Shown here piece by piece: positions 51,001-62,868 of a stretch of 64,000 bases of DNA (within the stretch, counting starts at the first letter, position 1; the number at the start of each line of letters is the position of its first letter). The stretch is from Vitrella brassicaformis CCMP3155. Lineage: Eukaryota; Protista; Chromerida. The notes under the pieces are model-generated. The model was not told where the DNA came from, searched no databases, and saw only the letters and a list, made by a program, of their open reading frames with translations. The stretch covers positions 1 through 64,000 of the forward strand of contig CDMY01000209.1 of assembly GCA_001179505.1 (NCBI GenBank). The letters run 5' to 3'. A program made the position numbers and the translations under genes.

Positions 51001-51921
51001 ATGAAGATGTGTGCCTTCCTCATCGAGACTGATGGTGATGGTGAGGAGTCCCGCAAGTGGATCATGGAGCCGGGCCGCACCTACATTGTTGGGCGTGAGC
51101 AAGATACGGCGGATGTCTGGCTGGGCCACTCAGAGATGGTCAGCCGCAGACACGCTGAGCTACTGCTGGAGCGAGATGAGGCTGCAACCGACGGCTTTTT
51201 CCTTTTTGTCAAGGACCTCGACACCCGGAATGGCTCATTCGTAGGCGACGAGCGGCTGTCCGGCGAGAGGAAGCTGCAGATCAGCGAGGCGCAACGATTG
51301 CGCTTTGCAGAAGACAACCCTCGGAGCTACAAGATTCGACTCAAGGAGCAGCCCAAGAGTGCCTCCCCTCCCCCTTCAAGCGGTGCACAAGCGGCAGAGG
51401 CGGCCAACGGTGGCAAGCGGAAGAGGCGGGGCTGGGATGAGAAGCCTGAAGACGCGGTGGCTGGCCCCCCGGCTGCAGCACCCCTCCCCCCATCCATCCC
51501 TGGACTTGCTCATGCCACCAGTGCGGCCAAGGAGAAGCGAAAGCTGCTATGGGCCGCGAGCAAGAAGAAGGACACCGACCTACGGCAGCCACTCGAGCAC
51601 CAGCAGCAGGAGAGCACCGTCAAATTCGCGTCAGCCGATGCACAGGGCCCGAGCCAGTCGGCGCTGTGGGAGCAGAGCTTCACCAACGACGACGCAAGGA
51701 AACACAAGTTCCTCAAGCTGATGGGCGCCACCAAGGGAGCCGGGGGTGTGGGCGGGGGAGGCAGCCAGAAGGCCGCCAAGAACGCGTCGGAGGGCGCCTC
51801 TACTGCAGCAGCCGCTGCGGAGGAGGTGGCTCGGATGCAGGCGAGGGATGTGGAGCTGGAGCAGCAGTTCTTCTCGGGCATGAAGAGGAAGGACGGGCGG
51901 AAGGTGGGACTAGGCATGTGA
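51001..51921 (+). CDS. FHA-domain protein with C-terminal SMAP-like domain, single exon
   Basis: FHA: YIVGRE..., VSRRHAEL, DLDTRNGSFV; C-terminal RKHKFLKLMG...LEQQFFSGM resembles the small acidic protein family. Confidence 0.82.
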   Translation: MKMCAFLIETDGDGEESRKWIMEPGRTYIVGREQDTADVWLGHSEMVSRRHAELLLERDEAATDGFFLFVKDLDTRNGSFVGDERLSGERKLQISEAQRLRFAEDNPRSYKIRLKEQPKSASPPPSSGAQAAEAANGGKRKRRGWDEKPEDAVAGPPAAAPLPPSIPGLAHATSAAKEKRKLLWAASKKKDTDLRQPLEHQQQESTVKFASADAQGPSQSALWEQSFTNDDARKHKFLKLMGATKGAGGVGGGGSQKAAKNASEGASTAAAAAEEVARMQARDVELEQQFFSGMKRKDGRKVGLGM

Positions 51922-52158
51922 CAAGGGAGGCGGCTCGGCTGATTTAAGCCTCTGTATGAGTGGATACACTGTGTATGTATGCCATGGGGTTGATTGGGTG
52001 CACAGACAACATCTATTTGTACTGATTGATCGGTGTATGGTATGAGTGCGATAGACAGCAGGAGTCTCACTTCCCTATTGCCTAGCTGCGCACACGGGGA
52101 GGGGAGGGGTATTCCTGTCTGCTTTGCTTCCGTCCGAGCTGACTCGTGGCTGGCCGCT

Positions 52159-55100
52159 TCATTCGTGTTGCGATGAAGTGATGAGCTCTAACACATCCTG
52201 ATTGATGGACACAGCAAAGACAAAATGTGCATCCATGTTGGTGAGACCCTCAATTTAATGTCGTCAACCCACCTTGAGTGCATCGATTTCTTCCTGACGC
52301 CTTCGGGCTCTCTCCTCATAAGTCTGCATGAACCAACCGCATTCATGTTGACGGCAAATTTTCTGTGCTGCTTTACCATGGTTTGCGCCTGTGGTCCACA
52401 CAGCTGCTCCATTTGCGCAAGGGCCACTGTGTATGAACCAAGCCACGTGTGCGTTGGGGTAACAGTGTTCACAACTTTGTGCAGTACCTGTGAGGGCATT
52501 CAGCTCTGCCATGACGCCGCCCATCTGCTGCTTGCCCTGTAGGCATCCAGCAAACCCCCGAAGGGATTAGGCGAAACTGTCAGGTTGAACTTACCTCCTT
52601 CAGTTTGCCCCGCTGGATGGTCAGCTGGTCCTTCAAATCACGCTGCGTTCATGTCACAACACAGAGACGCATTGGTGCATCACTGCTGCGCCGGTGGCTT
52701 GCCTTGTAGGCCTTCTCTGCCTTGATTTCCTCTCGCAACGCAGAAAGGGAGGCTGCATGCACGGTGCCTGAATTGCAACATACTCCTGTGGCCACTTCAA
52801 CTCGGCTTCCTTGTGGATACGTCGGCCATACCTGCCTGCCTCTGCGCTCGTCTGATCACGTTGACGCTTGCCGTGAAGGCGTGAGCAGCACTGCACGCAA
52901 TACAGGATGTGAACTTGTGCAATGGATTCTCATGTCATTGAAATCCACACCGTGTCATTTCTCTCGGCAGCTTCCTTGCTTCCTGAAATAAGGAACACCG
53001 TGTGGCACATAGTGAGTCGGTTGGAATCCAAGGGGAGGCGATCACCTTGCTGCGGATGGCATACAATTTGCCGCGGACCAGGCGAGCCCCCTGGGTAACC
53101 ACTCCCATGGCAGACAGCTGGAGTGTTCAGGACACCCATCATGGCCGTACCTGTTTGAGCTGCTGGACAGCAAAGGTGTAGGTCTGTTCGAGAGCATCCC
53201 TGTAGGCACTCTCATTCCGATACACGATGACCTAAATCGGGAGAAGAAGACACAATGTACGCCAAGGAGACAGACGTGCAGGAGAGAGAGCATCGCCGTA
53301 CCTGCTCCTGCAGCTCCCTCTCTCCCTGGCCCACCAACGCCAGTGTCTCCTCGAGATCAGATGAAAGCTAAATGAGACACGGCGAGAGGAAACGGTACCG
53401 GCGAGTTGGCAATCAAATGATGTGTTTACCTCCTGTATTTCTGCTGTCGCTGCCTCTACAGTGGCATTGAGGCCCTCCAAACTCTGAGACGGACGGACAG
53501 GAAAGGAGTTCCGTCCCATGTGCGAAGCGCCTTGTGTATCAACCTGTATCAGGGCTGCCTTCTGTCTGCTGTTTGATATCTCATCCTGGCTGCACGCGTC
53601 ATCCTGTAAGGACGAGACATGCGTACAGATTGAAGGCAGGCGTCGACCTCACCGTGCTTCTCTCTGCAGCATCCTTCTGCCTGATGTGTGCCATCAAATC
53701 TGGAAGGTGGACACAAGGAAGTGTACACTGAGTTATGCCTGTCTTCGTGGATATTGAGTGCCTGCCTCTGATTTTGTCTTTGACAAGCTGCAGGGGGTCA
53801 TCGCTGGTGCCCGTCGACGCAGGTGAAGTACCCACCTACACAGACATACACACAGAAGAGGGCGAGCTCATGGCTTCTGTTACTCCCCGGCTCAGCCCGT
53901 CACCTTTACATCAAGTGTGTCGTCCTGCTTATATCGATGCTCTTCTGCTGACACTTGTAACAAGCTGAGGGTGCCAAGAGTCGGCACGACGAGGCTCTCG
54001 TGGTTGATGTTTGACAGCATGAAGAGCACGTCCTGCAGGGCCGCCGTCCCAGACGTGTGCTTGCGCAACTGCAACGACATTGCAAAAGAGCAATGGCGTG
54101 ATCGCAGCCGCAGATGCCTCCTTGTCTGCTTACAAGTTTTGGAAGGTAATCGAGCTTGAAAGCGCATTGCTTTTCTATGCTTTTGCTGCGACGTCTGTCC
54201 GAATCCAGCTGCCTCTCTGAACGAAACACGGTCATCGTTGGACACCTGAAGATCCCGTACATACACGCATACTCGTCAGTCTCAGTTTTCGTCGCAGCAT
54301 TCCTCCTGCCTGCTTCTTCTCGGCGAGAAGAGGCCCCTGACAGATGTATGGAGAATCGGAGAGATGCATGAAGCGTGTGTTCACCTCTGAATTGATGCTG
54401 TCATCGATGTTTTGCAGCTGGTCTTGTAGTGCTGCCAGGGCTTGATTCTTCCGCTCCAGTTGCGCAACCAGCTGGTGTTGCAGGGAAATGGCAGCCGAGC
54501 CCAGCTACGGAAAGAGAATGGTAGACGAACACCGTTTTCTTGCTTTTTGTGTCTTCCACGATTCCACGACCTGTTTGCGTGTGTCGTGCATTTCTTGGAG
54601 GCTCTTGTTGTTGAGTTCGGATGGAGAGTCCGTCGGAGTTGCAGATCCAAGCTGATGCACAAAGGTCAGCGCTCAGCTCTGTTTGCCTATCCCTCTCTAC
54701 CTGAGAAAGAGGAGAGGGAGGATCTGAAGGCAGGAGGGAAGTGGTCATGCCATCTGTATTCTCTTTCTCTTCTGCGTTGTCAAGGGCCCTTTGAGCTGCC
54801 AACTGGTCTGCTGCTCGAATGGCGGCTTCGACCGCCTGTATCTGTTCTTGCAAGGTGTCCTGCCGCTGTCCATAGGAGCGACGCACGGAGAGGATATCTA
54901 CCCCAGATGACCACAATGCAAAAAGCCGATGCACGGATCTCTTGCGGTCCATGGTACCATTCTCCATTTGGTGGATGCGCTTTCGTGTCTCGTTCTTCTG
55001 GGATTGCAGTTTGAGTGCCTCGGCTTCATGTGATTCGAGCTCAGTCCTGGCAGCTGCAAACACACACAACAGCTGGGCCGGACGGAGGAGTGAGAAGGGA

Positions 55101-55527
55101 TGTGTGTCTTACCTTCAAGATCCGCCTGGATCTGCCGTATATCCTCTGCCAATCGACGCTGTCTCTCAAAGCCCGTCGCCCTGCTTCTATCGCACCTGAG
55201 CACACATCGAAGCGGCAACAAACATACTCATCGGGAGACCCGCACACCGCATGGCTTACTTCTCCTTTATATCGGCGCGTCGGTCGTGGACCTCATTGCC
55301 AAGTCTGTGCAGGCGCTGAAAGAGATCCTTTAGAGATCCCCCGAGCTGCGCGGCCGGACAAGATCTGGTACGGAAGCTGTGATGTCACTTGTGCTCGATG
55401 AGCGCACCTGTCTGAGCTTGGGATTTCTCCTCCCCTCAGCGTTGCGTAAGAAGGTTGCCGCGCTGCTTGGCCACGCGGACAACACTACAGACAGGACAAG
55501 CGGTACTGCCCCCAATCCAATCTGCAT
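52159..55527 (-). CDS. Signal-peptide-bearing coiled-coil protein, many short exons
   Basis: MQIGLGAVPLVLSVVLSAWPSSA; heptad-rich exons (RLAEDIRQIQADLE, LQEQIQAVEAAIR); end CGPQAQT..YEERARRRQEEIDALK|DVLELITSSQHE*. Internal phases partly unresolved. Confidence 0.65.
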
Positions 55528-55793
55528 TCAGGCGCACAGATTAATTACGCGTAAACACTGTGCAAATGTAAAAGAAATAAAGTGTTATAGGTTTACACGA
55601 GACAGAAGTCCCGGACGTCGTGTTGCGGTACCTCTGGGCAGGTGGGTCTTGTGCAGTGTGTACATGACCAGTCCAACATCAACTTCTCCGTCTTTTTCAT
55701 CGATCTTTGTTTAAGCGATGTTGATCACCGTGTGTGCATTAGCCATGAATCCCATTTAATGTCTTTCACCAATAGCTCGGTGTCCCACTTCTA

Positions 55794-58700
55794 CTACGTG
55801 ATCTTGGTCTTGATTTCCTTGATGTGTTTCTCCACCTCGGTCAATCGCTCGCCCATCGACAGCTGTCGCCCATCCATCTGCTTTTGCTGTGACTGCATCT
55901 CTAACAGCTGGTTCTGCATCTCCCGCAATACTGGGTTGCATCGCAAGTGCAGAGATGACTGGGCTGTCTTGTTTACGGTCATTATCACCTGACAGCGTCT
56001 CGGACTGAGAAGACTGGTTGTACTTGACGGCTGCAGAGCCAAAACGAGACACAACTTATCTTCTTTGCAGTCTGGCCGTGTGCGTTTCTGTCACACCTGC
56101 CATGACGTCAGGGAAGTTTGAGTCGTGATGATCCGCGGCCTCAATCCACTTGTCGATGCTGCGTTCGTATTTAACCCAATGGCTCTTGTCTCTGTACTGC
56201 TCGCTCCGACGTCTCTGCACACAGATTCCAAAGGAAAGAGACTGGACACCCCATTCTGTCAATATTTGACGTTCTCACCTCTTCTGACGTGAGGTATAGA
56301 AGATAGAAGGGCATCACTAGGATGAGCAGGGCTGTTTGGAATGCCTCCCAGTACTTTCCCTCCCGTATCTCTTGTTGAAACTGATCCAGTCCATGGTAGA
56401 TTTCTATTGGCGTAAAGGCGACAGCGTGTAGCAGGGCGTCGACGGTGACGTAGATGGCCCTCATCGACCAGAAGGCAATGCAGCAGAGTGCCGACTGCTG
56501 TTGTCTTTGTTCGCTGATGAGTTGGCGAGATGCCGCAGGGGCTCCGACACGACCACAGCTGCAGAGACACGATAATGCTCACATGGGATGGGTGCAGCTC
56601 ATGTCTCTTGTCGCACCGACCGATGAGGTTGAATGGCGGTGGGAAGCGCTCGTGGTGCCGCATATTCAGATACTCATTCAACACGCGAACGCGCAGCAGC
56701 CTGCAGAGATGAGCGAAGAGAGAGGGAGCCCTTATTTTTCGCTGTGTGACTGTCTGTCTCTTTGTCCCTCGGCTGGTGTCTTGTACTGGTATTGGGCTGT
56801 TTGTGTATGCTCGATGGCCGCATACGTCGACGCCTGACAGATACCAGACACACAGACACGCAACAGAAATGAATTGAGCCCATGTATGACACACTCTCAG
56901 GTCCATGTCTCACCATAATGGCAATGAGCAGATTGAGCTATTGATGCAGAGGGAGAGAGACAACAGAGGGAGGGAGACAACAGAGGGAGTGGTGCTGAGC
57001 CTGCCGTACGAGTATGATGGAGGATAGGATGACGTATGTGAACAGCAGGGCGGCCCCCAGCGTGTCGTGGCTCTCGATGGCGTTGGTCAGCGCGTCGTTG
57101 AATTCGCCAAGGCCCGCGAAGAAACTACACAACACAAGAAGACGGAGAGAGGTGTCCCTTTCTGTCTGTGTGTCGGTGTCATCGAGTACAGTGTGAGTGT
57201 GGCTTTGGCGAAGGAGCCGAAGTACTGATGGTCTTCGTCGGACGAGAGGAGGGTGAAGACGACCGCGAAGACCAGCAGGATGTAGACGTACAGACACAGA
57301 AACATGCTGATGTCCGAAAACATCCTCACAACCGCACTGACACAGACACCCATCACACACAGCATGAGCCGCCTCTCTCAGTGTTCGCTCTCTCTCACTG
57401 ACAGTATGAGTGGTCCGACGGCTGGGTGCAGGCTGGCCGTTTGGAGGAGGCGCAGCGCAAAGAGGAGCGCCACGACGATCCCTGAGCCGACCTCCGCGTC
57501 CATTGACCAGCCAGTGAAGTGGATGGCAATGAAGCCGATGATGGAGACGCCGGAACACATATCCACATAGTTCCTGGATGTTGTGCCCACACACCAACAG
57601 CGAACAAATGAAGCCGCCAGCACGAAGCCTGACACTCACCATCAGTCGGCCCAGTACGCTGCCTTCAGCCGGATGAACTGTACACACAGGGAGTACACAG
57701 AGGCATCTCTGGTCTGATCTGTCTTACTTGGAAGATTTCCAGGAGGATGAAGCCGGTGCCGGTCAGCACTGCCCCCCACAGCCACACCGACGGCCACACC
57801 CACGCCATCATCATGCCGCTGTCTCCCTTGATCGACTCGATGTGCAGCAGCACAAACGCCACCCTGCGACACACACACAGAGAATAAGTGCTACTCTGCC
57901 GCCTGCATTGTTTCTGGCTGCAGCCTTACATGAGCAGCATTGACAGCACGCGGCTGATGAAGACATCACGGGGTGACGGTTTGTCAATCTAGCATTCTAC
58001 AATTTGACTTCCGCAAAATATTTGGTAGGGTCTGTCCTGCCAATGCTTTTCGACGAGAGAGATGCAGTTGGCTGTCGGAGTCATTGGCAGCAGAGGGAAC
58101 GAGAAGACATACCGTCTGACACTCAGGGGGAAATATCTTAACTGCGGCTAACCTTGCGTGACGACAGTGAGGGCCTCTGAGGACTCAAGGAGCGCAAACC
58201 ACTCACTCTCTTTGCATCCAAGTGACTCTTCGAAGACCGTTTCGCTTGTATCGCTGCTGAAGTTGGCCGTGAGCGCCTGATGCGATGGGACACATCCAAT
58301 GCAGAAGTGAAGACTGCTGTGTGTCTCTTCGTCTTTGTCATTGTTTACTTCCTGCCAGTTGGAAATATTCTCAAAGTCACTGACACACAGACACAGAGAC
58401 GTGCAGATGTGCGCATCGCTATTCAATCAGCCTCACTCTGTGAGGGCGTCCTTCGGTCGCATTTTCATCAGCTTGCGGAAGACGGCACAGCAGCAAAGGC
58501 TGACGAGGCCCAGCCACTTAGAGCGGTCCTTCAGGAACTTCTTCGCGAAGGGTACCACCTCTTTCAGACCCTGAGCTTGCACTTTTTCCACTTTCACGCC
58601 TCGCTCGAGCAGCTCCATGACCACGTCTCCAGCCACGACAACCATCGCTACGACGACTTTCGGATTCTCGGTAACGGCAACGTCCAGAGGCGTATCTCCG

Positions 58701-60127
58701 TCCTGTCAGAGTCACAAGCAGGGACAGTTCCGGCACAAGGCTCGATAGGTGCAGTGCAGCCTACGTTGTCTTTGATCTTCAGCAGCTGTGGATTCTTTTC
58801 CAACATCACCGCCGCCACATCTCCTTGGCCATAGTCTGCAAGAGAGGGCAAAAAGACGGATTGAAGACTCATGCACTTGTGTTGTTGGTTATCTTTTGCA
58901 GGAGTGACTGACTTGCTGCCTCGTGGAGAGGCGTGCTGCCAAGCTGGTTAACAAAATGAAGAAGACAAATGCTGTTCAATGCATCGACCGAGAGTCCCTT
59001 GTCTCACCCTGTTGCGAGCCTCCAACACATGCTTTCCACCCCACTGAACGAATTTCTCCACAACACGAAGTGACCCTTTCACTGCTGCGTAATGAATAGG
59101 CGTCTGGTGTGGAAACTAAAGACACAGCATGAAAGCAGCAGTGAAGACACTGCTCCGACACTGCTCGAGAATAAGTGTTATTGTCGAGCGGTGTCGAAAT
59201 TACACTTGAGACGGTACCCTTTTGTCCCAGCGGAGAGTGTTATTAACATTGTCAACCAGGGTGAGGAGGACGTCTATCTTCAACCAGTGTCGTCCATGCA
59301 GCCAGTTGTGCAGCAGGACCTCAAAAACCTCCACACGCGAGCAGTTCACTGAGAAGCACACACAAGAGTGCTTGGCTGCATATGTGCACCGATGTGACGA
59401 TGCCTACCTGCGGCATAATGGATGGCAGATCTTGTTTGATGCTCCCAATAATAAGCGTGCACGTCCCCAACAATCCATTTCCACTCTCCAGTCAGCAGCA
59501 CTTTCTCCACTTGCTCAGGCGACAGATCGGCGAGGGCCTCCTGCAGGTCGTCCGCATTCTCTTCATCGATGGCCTTCATGATGCTGTCTCTCAGGGCTTT
59601 CGTCGTCTCGTCATCGTCGGCGGCTGGGGCACCCACCAGGGGGACCTGCAGATGTGACACAGACGTCCAACAGACATCTCAGAACGTGTTCTCGTGCCGC
59701 CATGCGCCATACACCAACAGACCTGTTCGAGGCGTCTCGGTGCCTTGGTGAGCTCATCGGTGACGTCCGGCAGCTGGGGCTCCATCAGCCCCGGTTCATC
59801 GCCCTGCAGCAGAGGGACCTGGTCACTCGAGGCCGACGCTGACATCTGCAGTGCATTGAGGGAGGGAGGGACACAGACAGCAGAGGCCGATGGCCACACA
59901 CGCAGAGATGCCATAGAGCATTGCAAGGTGACCTTGGGATGGCCCGTCTGTGTGTGGTGGATGGCCTGCTGTGCGGCAGCGTCGCCCTCGTCGACTCTCG
60001 GCAGCTGGATGTAGCACACCTCCTCAACACCGCTGGGGCGGCTGGGGCGGCTGGGGCCGTCTCTCCCAGTGCCGCCCTCCTGGCCCTGCAGACGGGGAGT
60101 CCGCTGGCCATGGAGGAAGCCCACCAT
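55794..60127 (-). pseudogene. Ankyrin-repeat TRP-like channel, copy B; probable pseudogene
   Basis: Exon-for-exon paralog of 28250-32419 with two extra 5' exons; in-frame TAG at 57989-57991 and TGA at 57642-57644 (TCA in copy A). Confidence 0.75.
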
Positions 60128-60217
60128 CTCTCCCACAGGGGGTGCTCAGTCTCAGAGACTCCGAGTCTCCGCCCCCAAAGCTCGCCACAGGTCAATCATC
60201 ATCGGAAAAACTGAGAA

Positions 60218-62380
60218 ATGAGAGTCCCAGTCATCACCACCAACAGCATGAGGGTCTTCATGTTTCTCTTGGCTCTGTCGTCGCTGCTGACTCATTCCAT
60301 CGCCGCGTCGGTGTACGAGGCGGCCTTCTCTGTCAACCATGACCACTATCTGCTTCGCATCTCCTCCCCTTCGCCCTCCCTCGGCACCTTCTCGCTTCCC
60401 ACGCCCCCCGCAGACGCCATCGAGAAGCTCTTGCCTGCCTACTCATGCATCGCACCGACGCTTGTGACGCAGCTGACTGCCGGCATGAACGTCACCTGCA
60501 GTGATGGCGATGTCAGCGTGCGGTTCGTCAGCCCGCCATTTGAGCACGCCGATGAGATCGCCGCTGTCGGTGATGACGCGGCGCAGCTGATGGGCCATCT
60601 CGAGGCGCTGCAGAAGGACGGCGCGACTCCCCAGCGGCTGGAGGCAGTGGTCAAAGCTGAGGCAGATCGGCTTGGCATCGACCACGAGTCTGTCTTGGGC
60701 GGCATAGAGAGGGTCTCGGAGTGGCCTCTATCGATATGGGACTATTTTGACCCCCGACACCTCGTTGCGTGGGAGCTCAACTACCTTCGCGAGCACTGGG
60801 GACCTCTGCCGCCATTCCCGACGTACAACCAGTCCAATGGAGAGAGTGGCGTCTACGACATTGCCACGGGCAAGCAGGTGCCCTTGCGTGCTGTTCGTGA
60901 AGAGGGCCAGCCGCTGGATGAGGAGGTGCGCATCGCCATCGCTAGCGATTGGGGAGCCGGTACCCCAGAAACGCAGGCGATTGCAAATCAGCTGGAGGGT
61001 GGGTTTGAGCCCCACTACACGGTGCATCTGGGGGATATCTATCTCATCGGCTCCAAGAAAGAGGTGAATGGATAACGATAAGTGCACGATTTGTTCGAGC
61101 AGTGACCAGAGTACATATCCGCCTGTGTGTCAGATTCGCGAGCATGCGCTGGGAGTACGTCCATCGTGGGCTAAAAGAGGCGTCAAGTGGACGCATGGGT
61201 CCCTGGCATCATTCGCCCTCAACGCCAATCACGAGATGTACTCACGGGGCTATGGCTACTTCGACGTGCTTCTGCCGACTCTCGGTGAGGAGCAGAAGCC
61301 ATCACTAAAGGATTTCGTATATCCATGTGTTTCGTTTACTTTGAAGGTCCCCGTGATGCCTCGACCGGTCACTTTGGTGGACAGAAGGCGTCCTACTTTG
61401 CGCTCAGGAGCCCCCAGTGGTGGCTGATCTTCCTCGACACGGGATACTACAGCTACAACAAGGACGGCGCGACCCCTGGGCAGGAGAGCCATGACAACCA
61501 CCAGCCGCAGGCGGTGGTGCAGTGGCTCAAGAACATCATCAGACCTGACGATACACGCGGTGAGGATGAAACGCACTGATTGTGACAGACTCGCACAACC
61601 GCATTGATGGACACATCTCTCTCCCTGTGTGTCTGTCTGTCTGTCTGTCTGTCCGTCCGTCAGGTTTGGTCTTTTTCACTCACCACCAGTATCGTTCAGC
61701 GTTTGAGGGAGGGTATTACGCGACACCGAGACAGCTCATCGACGAGGGTATCGTGCCCGCCAACAACCGCACGGTGCTGTGGCTGTGGGGGCACGAGCAC
61801 CGGCTGGCCGCGTACGCACCTGGCACACAGGGCGGAGTGCCGCTGATGGTAAGAAGCAGTTACATGCACACGGCACGAATGAATCGCACGTACCATTGTT
61901 CGTTTGCCATTTGGCTTGTGCTGCAGAGCTATGGTAGATGTGTTGGCAACAGTGGCTATCCCGTGTTGCTGGCCTCCATGCCGGCACGTGCGCGTGAGTC
62001 CAAGCTGCAGGTCTATGACAACCGCGTATATGCAACAAGAGACGTCAAGACAGGTAAAGCGAGAAAATGAGAAATGCAAGACGGACGACCGCATGCAATG
62101 TGCTTTTCCTGCGTGCCTTTCAGTCGGCTACAACGGCTATGCGAGAATGTACCTCAACAAGGACGGCACCATGAAGCTGCAGTACTTCTCTGTCAAGCTG
62201 GATCCATCGACAGGCCAGCTCGACCCACAGGAAGGCGATCTGCTGATGGAAGACACCTGGACGGTCGACCAGCGGGGCAATGTGGTGCTCAAGGACATGC
62301 AGATCATCAACAGCGACCTCACTGTGGTGTCGCACCACGGGATGGACGCAGATGAGGACCCCGATTTGGTGCTGTATTAA
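60218..62380 (+). CDS. Secreted calcineurin-like metallophosphoesterase, multi-exon
   Basis: Signal peptide (VFMFLLALSSLLTHSIAA); motifs ASDWG, HLGDIY, NANHEMY, THH, WGHEH. Confidence 0.9.
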
Positions 62381-62868
62381 GGCTCTCAGAGCCGCGCTCT
62401 CCTTTTTTTGACATCTTGTCTGTGTGGCTGAGTGCGCGTGATTGTGGCGGTGTTTTTGATCAGAGCCAGGAGGGTGTCAGTATGTGTTTTTGGGTAGCGC
62501 TCGTGCGTGTGTGTCTGTGCACATCTATGCGTTGCCGTGATGGCACCACTTTTTGACTGCCTGCTGTGTGCGCTCCCCGCGCGTGTTTGTGTGAGCGAGT
62601 AGTGTAATGAATGAATGTATGAATGAATGTGTTTCTATTGATTGATAGTTGGGGTAGTGAGGGGACGACAGGTGGATGGGGCGTCGCACGATACATGAGT
62701 TCACGACTCTCACTCTACAGCGCCCGATCGAGTTGAGACGCCTGAGACGATCGAAGAAAAGACGCATTTCACGCATCACTTTTGTACGCATCAGTTTTGT
62801 ACGTTATCGTTGCTTATTGTCGAGATCACCAGCGGCCAGAGGACATACCCCACGTCGAAATCTATCGA

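Noticed and set aside
57642-57644. Selenocysteine or alternative genetic code
   Set aside because: The aligned residue is Ser rather than Cys, a TAG also interrupts the same gene, and TGA/TAG end other genes normally.
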